A DNA stretch of 63,704 bases, counting the filler, from Octopus bimaculoides (lineage: Eukaryota): NCBI RefSeq assembly GCF_001194135.2. It is 4 parts of 4 records of this genome, joined end to end, with 100 filler letters (N's around TTAATTAATTAA, not from the genome) between each part and the next. Parts side by side here need not be neighbours in the genome. Positions count along the whole stretch, not along the records: positions 27,065 to 57,027 come from NC_069001.1; positions 57,128 to 62,030 come from NW_026405563.1; positions 62,131 to 63,704 come from NW_026349454.1; 1 more part is not named here. One strand, 5' to 3'. Shown piece by piece: positions 52,552-63,704 of this stretch. Below the pieces are notes generated by a model. That model saw only the letters and a list, made by a program, of their open reading frames with translations, did no database searches and was not told where the DNA came from. The first letter of the stretch is position 1. Every line of letters starts with the position of its first letter. Position numbers and translations under genes: made by a program.

Positions 52552-53341
52552 CAATAACATAGACAAATCTCTTCCCTTGCCTTCGTTTTCTTTGTGTTTA
52601 ACCTCTAGATATTATTACGACGTCAATGAATTAATAGTTGATAAAATAATGGCCATTCTATTTCTTCATCTTCCCGGAGCATTAGCCATATCATTTATAT
52701 TAATTTTCTTGCCGAATGTTTTCCCTTTGCGTTGTTTTTAGATTTAAGCAATTAAAAGAGATTAATCTTCTTTACTACATGTATCAGGCTTTGCAAAGAA
52801 TTAAGTAGCCATATCGCAACGAGATTGACTTATTCTTTATGTAATGCTCTGATCTTTTATTTTCTTTGTTTTTTTTTTCAATGTAGAATGGTTTGGATAT
52901 AAGAGACTATAATCGGCTCTAATACGTTATAAAGCAGCTTTTTCTCTTTTATGGACGCATTAAACGATGCAACTGAAAATAATAGACTTCAAGCTTTTTA
53001 TTTATTTTTTGCTACATATTACGTAATAATAACTGCTATCAAATCCAGTATTTTACTTGCTCATATATTTAACCGTGTGCATTCTATTCGCCTGCACCAG
53101 ATCATCTCAGGTCATATCAAAGTTCACCATCCAATAGTTTCACGACTATTTGAACTAAATTATCTAATGAGATATTCTGTTTGAGGATATTAGGTTCTGA
53201 TTTGAGCGGGTCAGTTACGGTTTTCATCTGATTTGCGTTTAGGTAAGAGCTCCGTTTTGACAGACGATGGAGAAATGAACATAACGTAATCAGCTGAATG
53301 GAGATATATGCCCAATAAGTATATATATATATATATATATA

Positions 53342-53382
<41 letters not shown>

Positions 53383-53397
53383 GTGTGTGATTATGAG

Positions 53398-53617
53398 TGT
53401 GTGTGTGTTTCTATGTCTGTGCTTGTCCACCCACCATCTCTTGACAACGAATACCGGTGTGCTTACTTCGTCGTAACGTGGCGGTTCGGCAAAAGAGAAC
53501 GATAGAATAAGTACTGGGCTTACAAAGAAAGAGTTCCGAGGTCGATTTGTTCGATTAAAGGCGGTGCTCCAGCATGGCCGCAGTCGAATTACTGAAACAA
53601 ATAAAAGAGTATAAAAG
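53398..53617 (+). mobile_element. SINE family A, 3' half
   Basis: GGCGGTTCGGCAAAAGAGAACGATAGAATAAGTAC..AAAGGCGGTGCTCCAGCATGGCCGCAGTC. Confidence 0.85.
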
Positions 53618-54197
53618 TATATTTTCATAAATAGTTATTATTACGAATTGAATAAAAAAAAGCGATGTTTCAATAATTTGTGTATTGTGGATGCATATCC
53701 AACTGGTTACAGATAAATGTTTAACAACAAACTCTTATATGGGTACCCAACTAAGTGCCATATGGACTCCGGTTGAGAACAGCCGCTGTAAATATATATA
53801 CATATGTGCATTGAGGAACGATAGATACAACCGTTCATATGAAGTGCATCCAAAGGTTTATTTCTTAGCCTCTCAATTTAAGGTATCAAGGAAATGTTTA
53901 GTATGAAAATTCTTGAAACAGAAAGAGAAATTACATCTAAGAATATTTCGACAGAGAGTGTCATTCTTAATACACCAAGGAGCTTATTTCAATATACTCA
54001 ATTATGTTGCTTCCAGGTTAAAACGAGAGAAAGAATGCGTTTGTTGTGGTGATAGCCAATTGGACTGAGGAATTACAATATACCCAATTCAATCAATCTC
54101 TTGTCCTAAATATGTTCTCAAGGACAGAGTTTTGCTGTGATTACTGCTTGTATTTAAATATTATAATACATATAATAGCTCCTTTTATCTAAGGAAA

Positions 54198-54272
54198 TTA
54201 TCCTTCCAAAATTATTGTTCATTTATCCTTCCAAAATAATTGTTCATTTATCCTTCCAAAATTATTGTTCAT
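54198..54272. repeat. 25-bp minisatellite, 3 copies
   Basis: TTATCCTTCCAAAATTATTGTTCAT x3 (one internal variant). Confidence 0.9.
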
Positions 54273-54770
54273 TTTATGAACAGGAAGTCCTTATAATCTA
54301 TAGAAAGGGAAACGTGACAAAATGACACCCATGCCTTTCCATACAGGTTTACCGGCAAAAGAAAACAAATAACTAACTATGAATGTAAACCAGGTATCAA
54401 ACATGGCAGTTACACTTATAGTAGGCTGAAAGATCTTGTATATCAAGCAAGGTGAAATAGCCAATAGGAACATATAATTGACTATTGCGATTCATGTAGA
54501 ATAGATAGAAATTATAATTGTGATTTGAATTGAAAATGCACACCAAACCTGAAATGGAACAATTCATTTCCTACAATTAACTAAAAAAGATGTATTAGAG
54601 AATATCTATATTAGTTTTGTCGATATAGGTATTGTATCCAATCCTAATATTGAAGTCTGCGAAATCAATTAGCTTATGTGGAGAAGAGATGTCTGTTTGG
54701 GAACTCAGCGTGCTAATGCATTATTTTTTGCTGTTAGGGTGATAGTTATGGGTTAAACTAACTTTGATAT

Positions 54771-55019
54771 TTTACTTGTTTAAGTCATTCGGCTGCGGTC
54801 TGGCTTGAAAGTGTTTGTGTGTGAGTGTGTGTGTAATTGAACGAATCGAGCCTGGTACTTTATCGATAAACAAAGCAGCACCGGCTGTCAAGCGCTGGTA
54901 GTCGTACCGAAACGCACAGAGACATCCGCATACATCTTCACCGAAGATGTCACACAGTAGGTCTGAATCCGGAGACATGCGATTGGAAGCAAGTTTTTAA
55001 CCACATAGCCACGCCCATG
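54771..55019 (-). mobile_element. SINE family A-related, diverged
   Basis: TTTACTTGTTTAAGTCATTCGGCTGCGG..GATTGGAAGCAAGTTTTTAACCACATAGCCACGCC. Confidence 0.55.
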
Positions 55020-55533
55020 ATTATAAGAGGCAGAGGCTCGATGCTATAATAACAGAGCACAACTTAAGGATAATGTGGTGAAAATCTATAGACTGAGATT
55101 TTAAATACCTCCAGAGACACATTTGTCATATATTCTTTGTATTTCCATCAAATTAGCTCTTGTGATATATTGTAAGTTAAGCAAGACGAATTAGTTTTTT
55201 TCTACAAAATTGTTTATCCAGGTGCCAAACGAAAGAAATCGATATATTTATTTTTACAAGTCATGTTATGTCATATGTCCATCGGTCTGTTTTATCGCAC
55301 AGACTTACGTCATAATGAATATTGCATGCTATGAGTAAATATTAGTTGATAGCATTTTATAAGTTATTTTCGTTTTGATTTACCGATAAAATTCTGTAAC
55401 TAAATATATGTTTCTATACACATATGTTTACTAACAGCATTATACAAGCATACACTTCTACACACGGCCATAAACATATAGGCTTGAATCTGTAAAAATA
55501 TTTATGTTCGGCGACCTGTGTACATACATACGT

Positions 55534-55592
<59 letters not shown>

Positions 55593-57514
55593 AACAACTA
55601 TACACCTCCACATTCGCTCGCACTCGCTCACACTCAGAAATATGTGAACACATTTATTCCATTAATTCATTTACGGTTGATAGAGGAGAAAAATACTGTA
55701 TATTTCTGAATAATATGTTGCTCGAAATATTATCTCCACTTCCGCCAACAGACAAGCTGGTGTCATTACAGTGTTGTATAATACATTAAAACCCATTAAA
55801 TGACTCATTTTTCTGTTATTCCTAATTATTCTACTAAAATATTTGAAATGAATACATTCGTTCATAACTTCACTACCAGCAAACTATTTCAGGGAAATTC
55901 TAGGGATAAATTTTGGCAGGAATTCCAAATATCTATTTCAAGGGATAGAAATTTTACTTTTCTTCGTTGGTTTTTTCCTATACTAATTCTGATTTCAATT
56001 CCCACTTATATTTTCGGTTTAATATGTCGGGTTGAGTTAAGTTTATGAAGAATCTCAATATGTTAATCCGAACATATAGTATATAAGTCACGAAACCTAT
56101 CTCTAAAAGGCTACCCATTTCGGGTACGAGCTATTCATTGTGAGATTCCATGCTCTGAATTAGATTAGAGAAGATGCTATTCATGAAATGAGCGCGCTCT
56201 GTTCTGTTTAACGCATTATCAAATTGGGTGTTATAATGCAACTCACCATGCAGCAAATAATAAAGCTTCCACGAATTATCTATAGCTGGTGTAAAAAGAG
56301 ATTAGCATAGGGGTAAATATACGCTCACATTCTTCTAAAATGAGGAAGTTTCATGGCTGAACCTTATTTGGTTATAAAGTTGTGTTCAAGAGAGATGTTT
56401 AGCAAAGCAAAATTGGAAATATGTACACGGATACTGGCATACATCACCATGAATATAACCATTGGAGCTTATATCATGAAGCTTATACCTAAGAGAATAG
56501 TCCTTTTTCAAGGCAATTTTTACCACATATAGCATTTTACGTACGTTCATTTATGTACTTGTCCATGTCCATAAAAGATTTTGATATTGACTATCTTCTC
56601 CACATAACCCGCTCCCACACCACACAGTGCACGCAACTGAAACCCTTTCCGCCCATACAGAAGATCTGAATCTTACAACTAATAGTACTGTTGGTCTTTA
56701 ACTCCAACAAAAATCTCTCAGGTTCTCTTACGTTTCGGGATTTTTGCAACACCCACAAACAGATTATGATATTTTCTGATATCCAGTGACATTGAGCCAT
56801 CAAGGTTATCTTCCTAGAGGCCCTTCTGATGAGTACTTCGTTTGAATCTTTCTCAAAACATTAAATCGACTCAAATCTATCGATAATATTAATTTGTATA
56901 AATGATAGTACAACTATATCGATAGTTAATATAGGAATTCCTGTTTCTATGACTGATAGATTCTTAGAGCACTGTATATATATCTTCAGAGAAAGAGAAA
57001 GGAGAGAGATGGATATATATATATATANNNNNNNNNNNNNNNNNNNNNNNNNNNNNNNNNNNNNNNNNNNNTTAATTAATTAANNNNNNNNNNNNNNNNN
57101 NNNNNNNNNNNNNNNNNNNNNNNNNNNGGGTGGTGGAGGAGGAGGAGGAGGAGGAAGAGGAGGACAAGATGTAAAAGATGAAGAAGAAGAAGAAGAGAAA
57201 GAAACAAGAAAAATGAAAAGAAGAGAGGGAGAGATTGGTGGAGGAGGGTGATAAGGGTGGCAGGAAGAGGAGTGAAAGTGGACGGAGAAGGAGCGTGAGA
57301 GTAACCCACGCTTCACCGACCCACCCAGCCACGACCATCACTACCGTCAACACCGCCATCAAAATCACTTCTACGAACAACGCCGCCACCACCACCAATG
57401 ACACCACCACAAGCACCATTACCATGACTACCACTTCCTATAGATAAATAATAACAGATCACGATTTCCAACTATATTATATAGTTTATATATGTGTATA
57501 TATGTGTGTGTATA

Positions 57515-57560
<46 letters not shown>

Positions 57561-58499
57561 NNNNNNNNNNNNNNNNNNNNNNNNNNNNNNNNNNNNNNNN
57601 NNNNNNNNNNNNNNNNNNNNNNNNNNNNNNNNNNNNNNNNNNNNNNNNNNNNNNNNNNNNNNNNNNNNNNNNNNNNNNNNNNNNNNNNNNNNNNNNNNNN
57701 NNNNNNNNNNNNNNNNNNNNNNNNNNNNNNNNNNNNNNNNNNNNNNNNNNNNNNNNNNNNNNNNNNNNNNNNNNNNNNNNNNNNNNNNNNNNNNNNNNNN
57801 NNNNNNNNNNNNNNNNNNNNNNNNNNNNNNNNNNNNNNNNNNNNNNNNNNNNNNNNNNNNNNNNNNNNNNNNNNNNNNNNNNNNNNNNNNNNNNNNNNNN
57901 NNNNNNNNNNNNNNNNNNNNNNNNNNNNNNNNNNNNNNNNNNNNNNNNNNNNNNNNNNNNNNNNNNNNNNNNNNNNNNNNNNNNNNNNNNNNNNNNNNNN
58001 NNNNNNNNNNNNNNNNNNNNNNNNNNNNNNNNNNNNNNNNNNNNNNNNNNNNNNNNNNNNNNNNNNNNNNNNNNNNNNNNNNNNNNNNNNNNNNNNNNNN
58101 NNNNNNNNNNNNNNNNNNNNNNNNNNNNNNNNNNNNNNNNNNNNNNNNNNNNNNNNNNNNNNNNNNNNNNNNNNNNNNNNNNNNNNNNNNNNNNNNNNNN
58201 NNNNNNNNNNNNNNNNNNNNNNNNNNNNNNNNNNNNNNNNNNNNNNNNNNNNNNNNNNNNNNNNNNNNNNNGAAGGAGGAGGAGGAGGATGCGAGGAAGG
58301 AAAGGAGAGGGGGGCTGGGAGTTGAGCTGTGATTCCTGATAGACACAAGACATTTATCAAGACCATTAAGAACACGCTAAACAGTAATTTATTCCTACGA
58401 TCACACGCGCACACACACACACACACACACACACGTATCAACGCACACATATCCACACACACATACATACACACATGCGTACACGTATACACGTACACA

Positions 58500-58684
58500 T
58501 CCTATTTATATTTTCTCTCTTTTTCTCTTCTCTCTCTCTCTCTCTCTCTCGCATTCTCTTTCTTATAACCGCCATCTTTATTCTCAACTTCTGTCCATTT
58601 CTTTCTTTCTTTCTCTCTTTATGAATCTTCATCCTTTCTTTTTTCTTTCTTTCTCTCTTTATGAATCTTCTTCCTTTCTCTTTT

Positions 58685-58731
<47 letters not shown>

Positions 58732-58930
58732 CCATTGCTTTCGTTCTTCCTTCGTAACTTCATTCGCTCCGTGTGTGTGTCTCCCTACTTCTGCTCTCTT
58801 CTTTTTTTCTTTCTTTTTTCTCCCCCCCCCCTCTTCCTCTTTCTCAATTTCTCCCTCTCCCTTTCTCCCCACCTTTCTTTTTTCTTTCTTCTTCGGCATC
58901 TTTTCATCTCATTCTCTTCGTTTTATGTAG
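58500..58930. repeat. Pyrimidine-rich (CT/CTTT)n low-complexity tract
   Basis: Direct repeat runs. Confidence 0.9.
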
Positions 58931-59304
58931 CTCACTCGTTTACAATATATTTATAAATATATAATGCGTGTGTACGTATGTATATTTGCATATTTGCATG
59001 TATGTATGTATATATGTAAGCATGTATATATGCATGTATGTATGTGAGCATGTATGTATGCATGTATGTATGTGAGCATATATGTATTCACACATGTATG
59101 TATGTATGTATAGGACATGTCGGTTTTTCTATTTTTTCGCCATCTACTACAACTACTACAACTACTACCACTATTACTGTTACTACTACCACTATCACTA
59201 ACACCACCACCACCACCACAACCCCATCAATATATATTTTCGCAAACACCTCTGTCTATGTACAGTTTGTATATATAATCTAAATAACACTAAACACTAT
59301 TAGC

Positions 59305-59355
<51 letters not shown>

Positions 59356-59682
59356 TGTATGTGTGTATGTATGCATGTATGTGTGTATGTACATGTATGG
59401 GTATTAAATCTACGCACACACGCACACACACACACCTCACCGCCTCTCTGTCCTCCTATCCCGCTTATCATTGTCTCACTTCAGTATTTACATATTTCAT
59501 ATTGATTGTATGTTTTCAGATATTTCTTTCCTCTAAGATATTTAAGTATGCATTGCATGTTATCTCCTCTTGGTTTTTTGTTTTTGTTTTTGTTGTTGTT
59601 GCTGTTGCTGCTTCTGTTCCTGTTGTTGTTGTTAAGTAAATTAGTGATATTATTATCATTTATGAAGAATTCTTTTTTTTTT

Positions 59683-60100
59683 TAAGGCGGTGAGCACTCA
59701 AAATAGTTAACACACCTGATAAGATACTTTGCACCGTTTCTACCGGTTTTATGTCTTGGGTTCAAATTCCATCGAGGTCGACTTTGCTTTTCAATTATCA
59801 ATTGCGTTCTGGAGTCGATGTAATCGATTTACCCCTCTCCCAAAATCGCTGGCCTATAGTAGAAACGACTATGTAAGCATATTTTAAGGCGGTGACCAGG
59901 CAGAGTTGTTAGCGCGCCGGACAAAATACTCAGCGACATGTCTTCTGGCTTTACGCTATGAGTTCAAATTCCTGTCGGGGTAAGCTTGGCTTTTCATCCA
60001 GTCAGGGGTCGATGAAACAAGCACCAGCTGAGCACTGAGATCGATGTAATCGATTAGACAAACCCTTTCAGATTTCAGGCCTTGCCGCGATAGTAGAAGG
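59683..60100 (+). mobile_element. Two tandem diverged SINE family B copies
   Basis: Each starts TTTAAGGCGGTGA.. and contains GTTCAAATTCC and GTCGATGTAATCGA. Confidence 0.75.
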
Positions 60101-60102
60101 GC

Positions 60103-60139
<37 letters not shown>

Positions 60140-60140
<1 letters not shown>

Positions 60141-60490
60141 GTGTACTCAGTTCAGTCCACTCACTTGGCAAAAATGAAACAGCCCCTTCGGTCATCAATG
60201 ACCATAGAATTGCACCTAGATAGTTACCCGAGGCACAATTCCGGACAAGGTTGCTTATGGGAGACCGGCAGTCGCCCATACATACCAGCCTCCTGCTCTC
60301 CATACCACCAATGTTATGCAAGGGAAAGGCAAAGGCCGATACATCTTGGCACCAGTGACATCGCAACTCATTTCTACAGCAGAGTGAACTGGATCAACGT
60401 GAAAGAAAGTGTCTTGCTCAAGAACACAACACACGGCCCAGTCCAGGAATCAAACCCACTACCTCGTGATTGTGAGCCTAACGCTCTAAA
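60140..60490 (-). mobile_element. tRNA-derived SINE (distinct body)
   Basis: Reverse complement head GTTTAGAGCGTTAGGCTCACAATCACGAGGTAGTGGGTTTGATTCCTGG, then GTGTTGTGTTCTTGAGCAAGACAC. Confidence 0.7.
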
Positions 60491-60604
60491 CATTTTGTAC
60501 TTTCAAAATGTCCAGATGATGACGAAAATACGGTGGTCAAACTTGTGAGTCCTGCCAATGTAACAAAAAATGTTATTGTCGTTATTGCTGTAATTGTTTA
60601 GCAC

Positions 60605-60815
60605 CAGGTGGCGAACTGGCAGAACCACTAGCGCACCGAACAAAATGCTTAGCGACATCACTTCTAGTTTTACTTTCTGAGTTCAAACCACACTGAGGTC
60701 AACTATTCTTTTCTTTCTCCCGGGGCGTCGATGAATTAAAGTACAAATCGAACATTGCGGTCGATGTAATCGACTTTCCCCCCTCATAATTGCTGGCTTC
60801 ATGCCAAAAGTAGAA
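60605..60815 (+). mobile_element. SINE family B (diverged)
   Basis: GGTGGCGAACTGGCAGAACC..CTGAGTTCAAA..GTCGATGTAATCGAC. Confidence 0.7.
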
Positions 60816-61955
60816 AGAATTGCTTAATAACAGGTTAATCTTGATCGAGCACAATTATGAACAAAACGACGTCCCAACCATGGCCATCAAGTATTTTTCT
60901 ACATCANNNNNNNNNNNNNNNNNNNNNNNNNNNNNNNNNNNNNNNNNNNNNNNNNNNNNNNNNNNNNNNNNNNNNNNNNNNNNNNNNNNNNNNNNNNNNN
61001 NNNNNNNNNNNNNNNNNNNNNNNNNNNNNNNNNNNNNNNNNNNNNNNNNNNNNNNNNNNNNNNNNNNNNNNNNNNNNNNNNNNNNNNNNNNNNNNNNNNN
61101 NNNNNNNNNNNNNNNNNNNNNNNNNNNNNNNNNNNNNNNNNNNNNNNNNNNNNNNNNNNNNNNNNNNNNNNNNNNNNNNNNNNNNNNNNNNNNNNNNNNN
61201 NNNNNNNNNNNNNNNNNNNNNNNNNNNNNNNNNNNNNNNNNNNNNNNNNNNNNNNNNNNNNNNNNNNNNNNNNNNNNNNNNNNNNNNNNNNNNNNNNNNN
61301 NNNNNNNNNNNNNNNNNNNNNNNNNNNNNNNNNNNNNNNNNNNNNNNNNNNNNNNNNNNNNNNNNNNNNNNNNNNNNNNNNNNNNNNNNNNNNNNNNNNN
61401 NNNNNNNNNNNNNNNNNNNNNNNNNNNNNNNNNNNNNNNNNNNNNNNNNNNNNNNNNNNNNNNNNNNNNNNNNNNNNNNNNNNNNNNNNNNNNNNNNNNN
61501 NNNNNNNNNNNNNNNNNNNNNNNNNNNNNNNNNNNNNNNNNNNNNNNNNNNNNNNNNNNNNNNNNNNNNNNNNNNNNNNNNNNNNNNNNNNNNNNNNNNN
61601 NNNNNNNNNNNNNNNNNNNNNNNNNNNNNNNNNNNNNNNNNNNNNNNNNNNNNNNNNNNNNNNNNNNNNNNNNNNNNNNNNNNNNNNNNNNNNNNNNNNN
61701 NNNNNNNNNNNNNNNNNNNNNNNNNNNNNNNNNNNNNNNNNNNNNNNNNNNNNNNNNNNNNNNNNNNNNNNNNNNNNNNNNNNNNNNNNNNNNNNNNNNN
61801 NNNNNNNNNNNNNNNNNNNNNNNNNNNNNNNNNNNNNNNNNNNNNNNNNNNNNNNNNNNNNNNNNNNNNNATCATCATCACCATCATCATCTTCATCATC
61901 AACATCGTCATCATAACCATCATCAACGCCTTCATCCTTACTATCATCACGACCG

Positions 61956-62017
<62 letters not shown>

Positions 62018-62130
62018 ACCATCATCATCANNNNNNNNNNNNNNNNNNNNNNNNNNNNNNNNNNNNNNNNNNNNTTAATTAATTAANNNNNNNNNNNNNN
62101 NNNNNNNNNNNNNNNNNNNNNNNNNNNNNN

Positions 62131-62209
62131 ACATGCAGATTTTGTGACTTGATGTCGTTTAACAGATACCCTTGTTTCCACGTACATTTATGCTACCTAT
62201 TTTGAGCAT
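62131..62209 (-). mobile_element. L1/Tx1 ORF2 start (AP endonuclease N-terminus), runs into gap
   Basis: Frameshifted MLK-IGSINVRG-KQGYLLNDIKSQNLHV matches the APE S.NVRG motif directly downstream of ORF1. Confidence 0.65.
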
Positions 62210-62256
62210 GGTCCTATCAAAATTTGTGTTTTACCCACGAAAGGAGAGAGAGAGAG

Positions 62257-63704
62257 TTACTTACTGTCCGAAAGTTCTTGGTTCTTCGCCTCACAGTCTT
62301 CTCTCAGAAGGTCTTTATACAGTCTTTTAGAGGAATATTTCTGGAATCTCCCTACTGTATCCGGGTAGAGAGATTTCAGTGTATTGTATGTGCTACGTGT
62401 TATGTGTATGATTTTGATGTGTTGTGGTGGTGTTGTGCATGGGTGATTGCTTGTTTTCGTGTCATTTTCTGTTATGTTAGTGTTTGACCTAATGAAATTC
62501 ATTAGGTCTGGATTGTTTGTGTTTATCGCTGTCAACATTGTTGGGGGGTTGTGTGTTGGTGCGTTTNNNNNNNNNNNNNNNNNNNNNNNNNNNNNNNNNN
62601 NNNNNNNNNNNNNNNNNNNNNNNNNNNNNNNNNNNNNNNNNNNNNNNNNNNNNNNNNNNNNNNNNNNNNNNNNNNNNNNNNNNNNNNNNNNNNNNNNNNN
62701 NNNNNNNNNNNNNNNNNNNNNNNNNNNNNNNNNNNNNNNNNNNNNNNNNNNNNNNNNNNNNNNNNNNNNNNNNNNNNNNNNNNNNNNNNNNNNNNNNNNN
62801 NNNNNNNNNNNNNNNNNNNNNNNNNNNNNNNNNNNNNNNNNCCTGGGCTACTGGGCATGTGTTTCGAAGGTGAGTTTTGCTACTACAAACGCAGCAAACT
62901 GGCCTTCTGCCTTCGACGGCAACATGGAAACTTGAATCCTCTGTTAATTGGATACTGTGTGGAATTTTCTCATAATTTGCTGGATCAACTTGTACCAGGA
63001 GTTGAAATTCCTGGCCAATCCAGTTTTCATTGTACACGGCAGTAGCTTCTAAAATGTTTATTTCCTCCTCTATGCCGAGACATATGGCAGATACGAGCCA
63101 TTCTTTCTCAATTTCAGGAGGCACATTCGAAATCTTTATCTTCGTAACCCTACGACCAAGGTACGTAGGGATCATGAGCAGGTTCTCGTGTTGTAATGAC
63201 TTTGTGGAGAGGTCCTAGGCTCGCTGCTCGCTGTCGAATCTTACCTCTATTGTTGTGAACTTCGTTCCTCTCGTTATGTAAGTTTTATAAGACCATAGGC
63301 GCCTTAGGCACTTCTCAACCTTTTCTTGAGTGAATTTTTCCGGAGTCTTTGTCTTTATATTTATGGTTCTGTAGATGATAGTTTTTTTTATCTATGTTTA
63401 TTTTAAAGCCGCAGGTGTTTGAAGATGGACTGTAATGTCCTTTTTACTTAGCATGCTTTTGCATGCGAGTAATTTCTCTTTCGATATATTCAATATTCTT
63501 TTTCTGGGCTTCAAAGCCTCGGCAAAGTTTGTGTTTGTTGTGGTGGTGGTGGCGGTAGTGGTGGTATCAGTGGTGAGGACAGTGGTTTTGTTAGCAAGGA
63601 CATTTGTGTCCTTGTTGTTGCTGCTGTTGTTGTTGTTGTTGTCGTTGTTGTTTTCACTGGTGACGGTGGCAGGCAAGACTGCTGTAGCAGCAGAGTTTTT
63701 ACAC
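62257..63704 (-). mobile_element. L1/Tx1-clade ORF1 (RRM-like region plus CCHC zinc knuckle), degenerate
   Basis: One frame from 63676 through three in-frame stops into MIPTYLGRRVTKIKISNVPPEI..W, then RRPVCCVCSSKTHLRNTCP (CX2CX4HX4C). Confidence 0.8.

Noticed and set aside
43012-54272. 25-bp direct repeats as possible CRISPR arrays
   Set aside because: Units are contiguous with no unique spacers, the context is eukaryotic, and no cas genes are present.
56826-56850. Canonical CTGATGA heptamer
   Set aside because: No paired helix II followed by GAAA; a chance match.
57128-57447. Glu/Thr-rich ORFs (57235-57447 and overlapping)
   Set aside because: Mosaic GAG/GAA/ACC trinucleotide tract next to gaps, with no splice or domain evidence.
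4800-60490. tRNA-like A/B-box sequences
   Set aside because: All continue into shared SINE bodies and lack a full cloverleaf; they are SINE heads, not tRNA genes.
2345-62086. Long ORFs in the track (e.g. 7330-8451, 30982-32124, 57428-58498, 60820-62082)
   Set aside because: They read through N gaps and AT/AC/ATC microsatellites (YIYI, THTH, HHHH, poly-X) and have no coding signal.

Overview
AT-rich, microsatellite-dense, gap-rich eukaryotic DNA. The SINE repertoire looks like an octopod cephalopod (Octopus) draft assembly; this is recognition by eye, not a database hit. I find no intact host protein-coding gene. Almost all listed ORFs come from simple repeats or N-gaps, so the window is probably intergenic or intronic. 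Recognisable content is decayed mobile DNA: an RTE LINE 3' end, Tc1 and mariner transposase remnants and a mariner MITE, several restriction-like-endonuclease (R4/Dong-type) LINE 3' fragments sitting in (TAA)n tracts, CR1/L2 fragments, two L1/Tx1 fragments (ORF2 RT/CCHC; ORF1 plus APE start), and many copies of three tRNA-derived SINE families. The most interesting signal is a set of minimal type I hammerhead-ribozyme-like motifs of the Penelope type, all with a non-canonical CCGA core. They occur as two independent divergent (fold-back) pairs at 6.8-7.3 kb and 15.7-15.9 kb, plus a degenerate single copy at 24.2 kb. Also notable: two pairs of diverged, unexplained non-coding duplicates, a CRE/AP-1 site cluster, and a near-adjacent inverted SINE pair able to form long dsRNA. 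None of this has been tested computationally or experimentally.
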